64,000 bases of DNA, taken from Candidatus Hydrogenedentota bacterium (lineage in GTDB: Bacteria > Hydrogenedentota > Hydrogenedentia > Hydrogenedentales > SLHB01). Both the position numbers and the translations under genes were made by a program. Of the stretch, positions 56,727 to 64,000 are shown in pieces (position 1 is the stretch's first letter; the number at the start of each line of letters is the position of its first letter). The notes under the pieces were generated by a model. That model worked only from the letters and a program-made list of their open reading frames with translations. It was not told where the DNA came from and did no database searches. The stretch covers positions 800,001-864,000 of the forward strand of contig CAXXTH010000010.1 of assembly GCA_963668025.2 (NCBI GenBank), written 5' to 3'.

Positions 56727-57761
56727 ATGGAGTGCTGTATGCCTATGCAAATGGTGTTTCCTAGTCTAAAACGGTTATGGACACGAATGCCGCTCGTTGT
56801 GGTTTCTATAGTTATTGTGCTGGTTTCCGGGCAGGTGGCCGCCCAGGAACCTGAGCTGCGTGTGGTTACTCTGGCTACGCAATGGATTCCTCAATCTCAA
56901 TTCGCGGGATTCTATATGGCCCGCGAGAAGGGGATTTACGCCAAGAACGGCCTTGATGTCACCATAATGCCTGGCGGCCCTGAATCCGCGCCGGGCGTCC
57001 GGCTTAAATCCGGCGAAGCCCATTTCATGACCAGCGATCTCGCCTCCGCGCTGATATTGCGCGATAAGGGCGTGCCGCTCGTCAATATTGCCCAGCTTGG
57101 CCAGCGCACGGCGCAATTGCTGGTCGCCCGGAAATCCGATGGCATCAACACGCTGAAAGATCTCGACGGCAAACGGGTGTCGGTGTGGTCCACGGCGGAG
57201 ACGCAGCCGCTGGCCTTGTTCCGTTCACAGAAGATGAACGTCGAAGTGCTCCTGCAGGGTTCGACCTTGAATCTCTTTCTCAGGGGCGGCGTGTCCGCGG
57301 CGTCCGCGAAATGGTATAACGAGTATCATGTGCTGCTGAACTGCGGGCTTGATGAAGAGGAGATGACCGTTATTCATTATGATGAATATGGGCTTAATTT
57401 CCCCGAGGATGGCATCTATACCCTCGAAACTTTGGTGCAAACCGACCCTGATATGTGCCGCCGCTTTGCCGCTGCTTCCATTGAAGGATGGAACTACGCC
57501 TTCACGCACAAACAGGAAACCCTGGATGTCATGATGCGCTACGCCGACGCCGCCCATACGGGCACGAACAGGGTTCACCAGCAATGGATGCTCGACCGCA
57601 TGAAAGACATTTTCATGCCTCCTGGCGGAAAAACACCCATGGGGCGGCTGCAAGAAAAGGATTACGAAACCACGGCGCAAGAAATGCACGCGTGTGGATT
57701 CATACAGGCTGTTCCAGCAATGAAAGAGATGTATGCACCTGTCCTTTTTGCGTCCAACTAA
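56727..57761 (+). CDS. NMT1/THI5-like periplasmic substrate-binding protein
   Basis: QW.PQSQFAGFY.A.EKG.Y...GLDV.I..GGP, DLDGKRV and F..AS..GW.YA. The start may be ATG 56787. Confidence 0.88.
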   Translation: MECCMPMQMVFPSLKRLWTRMPLVVVSIVIVLVSGQVAAQEPELRVVTLATQWIPQSQFAGFYMAREKGIYAKNGLDVTIMPGGPESAPGVRLKSGEAHFMTSDLASALILRDKGVPLVNIAQLGQRTAQLLVARKSDGINTLKDLDGKRVSVWSTAETQPLALFRSQKMNVEVLLQGSTLNLFLRGGVSAASAKWYNEYHVLLNCGLDEEEMTVIHYDEYGLNFPEDGIYTLETLVQTDPDMCRRFAAASIEGWNYAFTHKQETLDVMMRYADAAHTGTNRVHQQWMLDRMKDIFMPPGGKTPMGRLQEKDYETTAQEMHACGFIQAVPAMKEMYAPVLFASN

Positions 57762-59712
57762 TTGGAGCCTCGCGTTTAAGCTGGGCATGTTCATCTTGAT
57801 TGGAGCCACGGCGGTCTTCGCCGGGGTCTTCACGTATAACTATTACGAATCCCGGCGTGTTCTCATGAGGAACATCGAAGAAAGCGCGGGCAATCTTACT
57901 CTCGCCACCGTAAACCGCATCGAAACCGTCCTGCACGGCGTGCAGGCAGGCCCCAATTATCTTGCCCAGCGCCTGGAGCGAGGCCTCCCGGAGCAGGTAA
58001 GCGAAGTGGAAGCCATGCTGGCCGATTATGTGCGCGCCACGCCTTCGGCGTATGGCGCATGCGCCGCTTTCGAGCCGAACACCATCGAACCTGCGCAACG
58101 GTATTCCGCGCCATACGCTTGGCGTACAAATGGAAATATCGGCATTGGCCGGGTCGAATACGCGTATGATTTGTGGGATTGGTACATTATCCCGCGTGAG
58201 ATTGAGCGCCCACTCTGGAGCGAGCCTTATTATGACGACGCGGGCCAGATCATCATGTCCACGTATGCCTCACCATTTTTCCGCACCGTGGACGGCAAAC
58301 GCGAGGTGGGCGGGGTTGTCACGGCGGACTTATCACTCGAATTCTTGAATGATGTGGTGGGGGCCGTCAAGCTCGTGGGCACGGGCTACGCCTTTGTCAT
58401 CTCGCAAAACGGGCAATACGTCGTTCATCCGAAGCATGAATTCGTCATGCGGGAAAGCATCTTCAGCGTGGCGGAAGCCATGAACAGTCCAGAGCTCCGG
58501 CTGATCGGGCGGGACATGCTTCGCGGCGGTAAGGGATTCGTGAAGATCATTAGCCCGATGGATAACGAGCCCGCATGGATGTACTATGCGCCGCTGCCTG
58601 CCGCACAGTGGTCGCTTGGCGTGGTTATTACCGAAAAAGACCTGTTCGCCGAAGTGCGCGCCCTCGATCAGAAAATTATTTTGGCGGGAAGCGCGGGTTT
58701 GTTGTTGCTGGTCATTGTCGTGATGGCGCTGGCCGCCACGGCGACATCGCCCTTGCGCACCCTGACCCGCACGACCGCTGAAATGGCCAAGGGAAACCTG
58801 GATGTGGCGCTGCCGCCGCTACGTTCACACGACGAAGTGGGCGAACTCACCCATGCGTTCGACGGCATGCGCCTGTCGCTCAAGGCGTATATTCGCAATC
58901 TAACGGAGACGACGGCCGCCAAGGAGCGCATCGAGAGCGAACTGTCTATCGCGCGGCAAATTCAAATGGGCTTGCTGCCGCGTATTCTGCCCACATATCC
59001 GAACCGCCAGGAATTCGACATTTGCGCCGTCATCCAGCCCGCCAAGGAAGTGGGCGGCGACTTCTATGATTTCTTCTTCACCGATGACAACCGCTTCTGC
59101 TTCGCCATCGGCGATGTGTCGGGCAAAGGCGTGCCCGCTTCGTTGTTCATGGCCATCACGAAGACTTTGCTGGCGGTATCTGCATCACCTGAAGTAAAAC
59201 CTGCCACCATGTTCAATCAGGTTAACTTCCAACTTGCCCATGACAACCCGAACTGCATGTTCGTCACGTTGTTCTGCGGTGTCCTCGACCTCGAAACAGG
59301 CCTGTTGCTGTATACCAACGGTGGGCACAATCCGCCCCTTTGCCTGCGCGCTAGCGGCGAGACCTTGGAGATGCCGCCAAAAGGCGACCCGGTGCTGGGA
59401 ATCTTCGAGCATACGGAATACCATAATACCGAGTTGCAGATGAATCCCGGCGATGTGCTTTATCTCTATACGGACGGTGTTTCCGAGGCCATGAATACGC
59501 AAAGCCAGCTCTATTCCGATGCGCGGTTGCTGGCGCAAGTGGAAATGAGGCGGGAACTGCCCATCAAATCCATCATGGCCGGGATCCAAGACGACATCAC
59601 CGTTTTCGTGGAAGGAGCTCCGCAATCCGACGACATCACGATGCTATTGATTAAGTTCAAGGGCATTACCAAGGACGTGAATGGCAACGCTGCTCCTCTG
59701 GCGGAGGCATAG
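57733..59712 (+). CDS. SpoIIE/RsbU-type PP2C phosphatase with Cache and HAMP domains
   Basis: Cache WY...WSEPY.D, HAMP DEVGEL..AF, EVGGDFYD, IGDVSGKG, YTDGVSEA and DDIT. Confidence 0.93.
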   Translation: MHLSFLRPTNWSLAFKLGMFILIGATAVFAGVFTYNYYESRRVLMRNIEESAGNLTLATVNRIETVLHGVQAGPNYLAQRLERGLPEQVSEVEAMLADYVRATPSAYGACAAFEPNTIEPAQRYSAPYAWRTNGNIGIGRVEYAYDLWDWYIIPREIERPLWSEPYYDDAGQIIMSTYASPFFRTVDGKREVGGVVTADLSLEFLNDVVGAVKLVGTGYAFVISQNGQYVVHPKHEFVMRESIFSVAEAMNSPELRLIGRDMLRGGKGFVKIISPMDNEPAWMYYAPLPAAQWSLGVVITEKDLFAEVRALDQKIILAGSAGLLLLVIVVMALAATATSPLRTLTRTTAEMAKGNLDVALPPLRSHDEVGELTHAFDGMRLSLKAYIRNLTETTAAKERIESELSIARQIQMGLLPRILPTYPNRQEFDICAVIQPAKEVGGDFYDFFFTDDNRFCFAIGDVSGKGVPASLFMAITKTLLAVSASPEVKPATMFNQVNFQLAHDNPNCMFVTLFCGVLDLETGLLLYTNGGHNPPLCLRASGETLEMPPKGDPVLGIFEHTEYHNTELQMNPGDVLYLYTDGVSEAMNTQSQLYSDARLLAQVEMRRELPIKSIMAGIQDDITVFVEGAPQSDDITMLLIKFKGITKDVNGNAAPLAEA

Positions 59713-59728
59713 CATATTGCTCTAACAC

Positions 59729-60514
59729 TCAGTCAAACAGAGGGATTCTAGAGCGCTTCTTGTACTCTGTTTTCCATTTCTCTGTCAAAGCCTGTGCTTC
59801 CGTGATTTGTTCAGGCGTCATTTTTTCGGAGAAAGAGTCTCGTATATGTTCTGGATCGGAGTATTTTGTAGTGCTGAGCCACATATACGCTTTGATGTAG
59901 TCTTGAGGAATACCTTCGCCTTTGGCATACATTTCACCGAGTTTCGCGTGCGCCACTATTTCTCCCTGTTCGGCAGCCCGGCGATACCACATCTGAGCTA
60001 TGACATAGTTCTGAGGAATGGCTTTGCCGTAATAATACATTTCGCCAAGCCTGGTCTCTGCGATCACATAGCCTTGTTCTGCCGCTTTGCGATACCACTT
60101 GAAGGCTTCGGCATAATCTTGCGGGATTTCTTTACCAGAATAATACATCCTCCCGAGGGTGAATTGCGCCAAATAATATCCTTGTTCTGCTGCTTTGCGA
60201 TACCATTTTATGGCTTCGGAGCTATTTGGGGGAACACCTTTACCTTCGCGATACATGTCTCCTAGATGACATTGCGCCAAAATATGCCCTTGCTCAGCCG
60301 CTTTCAGATACCATTGGGATGCTTTTTCATAGTCTTGTGGAACTCCATCACCTTCCTCGTACTTATACGCAAGATACCATTGGTCTTCCGGAGCTCCTCT
60401 TTCCGCATCTCTTATATCACTGGCTAAGCCATCCTCTTCTGATATTAGGCTACAAGATAATAGAGAGAGCAACATGAAGGCTGCTGCCATAACAAAAACA
60501 ACTTGTCTTTTCAT
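59729..60514 (-). CDS. Sel1-repeat lipoprotein
   Basis: Lipobox-like LLSC, about 5 SLR repeats, and terminal MTPEQITEAQAL. Confidence 0.9.
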   Translation of the reverse strand: MKRQVVFVMAAAFMLLSLLSCSLISEEDGLASDIRDAERGAPEDQWYLAYKYEEGDGVPQDYEKASQWYLKAAEQGHILAQCHLGDMYREGKGVPPNSSEAIKWYRKAAEQGYYLAQFTLGRMYYSGKEIPQDYAEAFKWYRKAAEQGYVIAETRLGEMYYYGKAIPQNYVIAQMWYRRAAEQGEIVAHAKLGEMYAKGEGIPQDYIKAYMWLSTTKYSDPEHIRDSFSEKMTPEQITEAQALTEKWKTEYKKRSRIPLFD

Positions 60515-60689
60515 TATCTTCTCCTTTGGACTATTATAGTGCTTATCCAAATTATTTCAAGGAGTCTTGATTCATATTTTCATGTTGTTTTCATATTTTT
60601 CCACGGGGACATATGGGACACGGGGGTGAGTGCTCCACAAACGTCACATGGTAAACATATCTCAAACTAATGGGAGATTCTATTTTCTC

Positions 60690-62237
60690 TCATGCCGGAT
60701 TATTATCCATTGCGCATGCGCGGCGGTATGCATAGGCCCACCATCCCAATCCAATAATCGAGACGAATGCGGAGCCGGTGAATGTCCACACATATAGGGG
60801 ATCATGCCCCGTCACGAGTTCCGCGGTGGGCGTGAAGGGGATGAAGCGTTCGGTCATGGTGTTGGCGATGCGGCCCACTTCCCAGGCGCGCATGTGGAGG
60901 AAGAGCATGAATCCCACATGAAGCACGGCGAAGCATCCGATGAGGCGCGCCCATGTATGCTGGGGATGGGCGTCGAGGAAGCGCTGGTAGCGCACTATAG
61001 CGATAGCGGCCAGCATCACCAGCAGCACGATGGTGAAGCGGGAAGGGGCCCGCTCGACGACGCTTAGGAAGGGAATGCCGAGTGCGCGGACGAAGTAGAA
61101 GTTGGCCTCGATCGTGAAAAAGGTGACGAGCAGCAGCGGCCCGTCATGAGCGGAGTAAGACTCTTGTTCAAGGCCATGCGGCGGCCGCATGCGCCACCAA
61201 ATGCCGCAGATGGCCAGGAAGAGGAATCCCGCGAAGCCAATATAGGCGTTGTGTTCCCATGGATACGAGATGGCCGCCCAATCGCCCCATGGGTCCACGT
61301 TGCTCCCGAGATTCACCAGGCGTGGCGTCGTGTGGTCGCGCAACACGGTCAATGCGCTCAACAGATCGCCTATCGAGGTGAATCCCAAGAGAAAGGACCG
61401 TTCCGAGCTTCCAAAGAAAAAGAACGCGGGGATTAGTTTCACCGCGCCCAGCAGGAAAGTCATTCCGGTAATTTGCGCCAGGCGGCGCATGGTGAGGCGC
61501 GATACTTGAAAGGCCGCCAGCAGCGCCAGATAAAGGCCGCATAAGACCACCACATGCAAGCCTCCTTGGAGCAGCATGACAAAGAACAGGATGGCGATCT
61601 GCAAGGCGCGCTTAAAAGGGAAAAAGTCCTTCTTTACATCGAGGGTGCAATAGATGAAGAACGGCAGGAGCAAACAACAGGTGAACTCCACATGGCCGAC
61701 GCCAAGGTGGGAGATGATATAGCCATTGAACAGGGCCAGTAGCAAGAACAGCCGGAACGTAACCAGCGAAAGCCGGTAGCGCCGTTTGAGAAGCAGGCAT
61801 CCATAAAAACCCAGCGCATAGAGCAAGATGGCGTTGATGATAAAAAATGGGCCCAGCGGAATCCATCGCAGCAACAGCACATGAGGCGAAAGGGGAATGT
61901 TGGGTATGGCCAATATGTGGCCGGTGCCATAATAATTAAACGATGCAAACAGGGGCGCTTGAAGATCCTGCAGGGCTTTCTGGAGGACGCCGTGAAAGGG
62001 AAACTCCCAGACCCAGTCATATACGGTTTTATCAATATGGCCATAGCTAAAAAAACGCACCCAATACAAGGCGTCGCCCAAGAAAAGACTCGCCAGAAAT
62101 ACCGCTTCCGTGACGCCGCGCACCATGCGGCCTGGCGGCGGCGGCGCAAATAGCCAGTCCGACATACGTGTGACGAGCGTGTTTAACCATGAATATTTTG
62201 AAACGTTTTGCTGTGTTTGCATGATATTTGTCCCCAA
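60690..62237 (-). CDS. Polytopic membrane protein (YfhO/GT-C-like)
   Basis: About 12 hydrophobic segments with FNGYI..HL..GH, WEH.AYIG and ER.PSRF motifs. Confidence 0.6.
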   Translation of the reverse strand: MGTNIMQTQQNVSKYSWLNTLVTRMSDWLFAPPPPGRMVRGVTEAVFLASLFLGDALYWVRFFSYGHIDKTVYDWVWEFPFHGVLQKALQDLQAPLFASFNYYGTGHILAIPNIPLSPHVLLLRWIPLGPFFIINAILLYALGFYGCLLLKRRYRLSLVTFRLFLLLALFNGYIISHLGVGHVEFTCCLLLPFFIYCTLDVKKDFFPFKRALQIAILFFVMLLQGGLHVVVLCGLYLALLAAFQVSRLTMRRLAQITGMTFLLGAVKLIPAFFFFGSSERSFLLGFTSIGDLLSALTVLRDHTTPRLVNLGSNVDPWGDWAAISYPWEHNAYIGFAGFLFLAICGIWWRMRPPHGLEQESYSAHDGPLLLVTFFTIEANFYFVRALGIPFLSVVERAPSRFTIVLLVMLAAIAIVRYQRFLDAHPQHTWARLIGCFAVLHVGFMLFLHMRAWEVGRIANTMTERFIPFTPTAELVTGHDPLYVWTFTGSAFVSIIGLGWWAYAYRRACAMDNNPA

Positions 62238-62440
62238 GACGGCAAGAGTCTGGCATAGCTTGAGTACCTTGTCAATTTTTCATAGCTGGCATAGGGAAAA
62301 GTAACGTGGCATGCAATAATAATGCTGAAAACTGGTGAGAAAATCGTAGTGGGCAATTGGGTATCGGAGTCATGATGTGTACCTGGAGTGTTCTTTGAAA
62401 TAGATCATAGCATTCACGAAGGAATAGAGGAGAGTATGCC

Positions 62441-63247
62441 TTGCTAACGACACGGTTGAGGCAATGGTTCTTGAAGCGTTTCATCGTTATTTCCGAAATA
62501 ATCGGATATGCCTTGTCCGCCGCCGTCGGCTTGGGGATTCTCTATAGCGTATTCGTCGAGGTGGAAATCCTTACGAAAGTCAAAGGGGAGTTGCGGCCCT
62601 CTTGTATGGAAATAAAAGAGGGCGCGGATGCGCTATTCATCGAGTACTTGGCCGCATCCGGTGAGCATGTCGCCAAAGGGCAGCCTATCTTGCGGGTGTC
62701 TGTTGATGATGCCAGCAAGCGAAGCATATTGCTGCGACATCAATTGGAGGAAGCCGTGGCCAGCCTCGAGTCCGATTCGAGCGGCGAGTCGCAAGCGTCG
62801 CTTGAGGATGCGCGGCGCGCATTGGCTGCGTTGCCGCCTGCCGAAGAAAAAGTAGAGACGCTGGCGGCTCCTTGTGGCGGGTTTTTCCAGCCATTGGCAG
62901 GCGTCCGCGAAAACGATGTGGTTCCAGCGGGCAGCGCGCTGGCGCGAGTTTATGACATGTCTGTATTGCGGCTGGATAGTGTTCAGGGCGATGCCCGCAT
63001 CGCGGATGGACAGGAAGCCCGGGCGGTTATTCCTGGCATGCAGGAACGCCTTGTTGGCCAGGTGTCTGTCATCATGGCTCCATCGAACCATGTTTCCATA
63101 TCGTTCCAAGACGCGCCGCAGGCCGCCCGCGAGATTATGTTCGCTTCGTTGTTTGGAAAAAGCGAAGAGAAGCTGGATGCCGTGGAAGCCGAGGTGGTCG
63201 TGGGGCATCAAAGCCTTTTCAAAAAAATGTTCGGGCGCAGGCAATAG
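62441..63247 (+). CDS. Membrane-fusion/HlyD-like adaptor protein
   Basis: N-terminal TM, split lipoyl-like motifs (GEHVAKGQPIL, APCGG, NDVVPAGSAL), and a short coiled coil. Confidence 0.65.
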   Translation: MLTTRLRQWFLKRFIVISEIIGYALSAAVGLGILYSVFVEVEILTKVKGELRPSCMEIKEGADALFIEYLAASGEHVAKGQPILRVSVDDASKRSILLRHQLEEAVASLESDSSGESQASLEDARRALAALPPAEEKVETLAAPCGGFFQPLAGVRENDVVPAGSALARVYDMSVLRLDSVQGDARIADGQEARAVIPGMQERLVGQVSVIMAPSNHVSISFQDAPQAAREIMFASLFGKSEEKLDAVEAEVVVGHQSLFKKMFGRRQ

Positions 63248-63520
63248 CGATGGAATGCGCCTTCATGCGCTGATCTAGTTTCCGCCAGTTTTCTTCGTGA
63301 GTTCCATGAAATGTTTTCCAAACCAGGCATGTTAAGGTGCTTTAGCGCAGGTGATTTTGTCCTGGTAATTGGTGACATCTTGCGCGCTTGAATGTAAGAG
63401 CCGCCGTACAATTCATGCCAGGATAGGTTCCATGGCGGCGGTGCGGAGTCTTTTCAAATCTGTTCGTTGCCAAGTATATCAGTGCGGCCATTATAGGTTT
63501 TTTTCAACACAGGAAAGGTG

Positions 63521-64000
63521 ATGAGCGAAATGGTTACTCGGAAAAAGGGTTTCACCCTCATTGAGTTGCTGGTGGTGATTGCGATCATCGCAATTCTTGC
63601 GGCGATTTTGTTGCCCGCGCTGGCCCGGGCGCGCGAGGCGGCCCGCCGTGCGTCGTGCTCCAGCAATCTGAAGCAATTTGGCATTATTTTTAAGATGTAC
63701 AGCAATGAGACGAAGGGCGGCATGTATCCGGGCATGCAAGACTGGCGCATCAACGGCCTCGGCTGGCTGATGGGCTTGCCCGCCGAATCCTTATATCCGG
63801 ATTACTGGAATGATCCAGCCATAGTGGTGTGTCCGTCGGATAGCCATGCGAACGGCGACAAAAATCTAGAAAATGTCACTATCCCGGAGAACGTGTCCGA
63901 TGCCTTGACTGAGGTTAATCAAGGCCTGGCGGCGTCCAAGGCTTGCACGGGCGCGTTATTGGCGCATCCCATGTCGTACATCTATGTGCCTTATGCCGTC
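63521..64000 (+). CDS. Prepilin-type N-terminal cleavage/methylation, DUF1559-type protein (runs off the window)
   Basis: Manual translation: [67 protein letters not shown]. Confidence 0.93.
   Translation, partial: MSEMVTRKKGFTLIELLVVIAIIAILAAILLPALARAREAARRASCSSNLKQFGIIFKMYSNETKGGMYPGMQDWRINGLGWLMGLPAESLYPDYWNDPAIVVCPSDSHANGDKNLENVTIPENVSDALTEVNQGLAASKACTGALLAHPMSYIYVPYAV

Noticed and set aside
62250-62330. Sigma54 promoter from three TGGCAT motifs
   Set aside because: None has the required GG-N10-GC spacing.

Overview
This is a 64-kb bacterial chromosomal window. The DUF1559/prepilin-type, PASTA and PEP-CTERM proteins suggest Candidatus Hydrogenedentes or a similar lineage, but that is inference only. 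Housekeeping blocks include acyP/HEAT, GH4-PHP-pyrE-ABC-F, aroF-scpB-rluB, HtrA plus partner, folM-folB-folK-folE, a JAB-DinG helicase and two-component genes. They alternate with accessory DNA: a creD-like operon, a sigma54-driven PEP-CTERM gene, and a CoiA-like gene. A Sel1-repeat gene sits inside several families of REP-like palindromic repeats. A low-GC island is cut by an IS66 element and followed by a head-to-tail array of ISAs1-family elements (2 full copies and 1 partial). Each ISAs1 unit carries a divergent 99-aa passenger ORF, and the units are joined by the same 10-bp spacer. An IS1380-family element and a LacI-regulated sugar-catabolism locus follow. The most notable observations are the ISAs1 array with its passenger gene and operator-like palindrome, the repeat-delimited Sel1 region with a duplicated C-terminal peptide module, a GH4 lacking its metal ligands, an HtrA paired with an apparently inactive trypsin-fold partner, and a LacI-like gene without an HTH. 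I recognised no tRNA, rRNA or CRISPR array. All calls come from reading motifs by eye; no searches were run.
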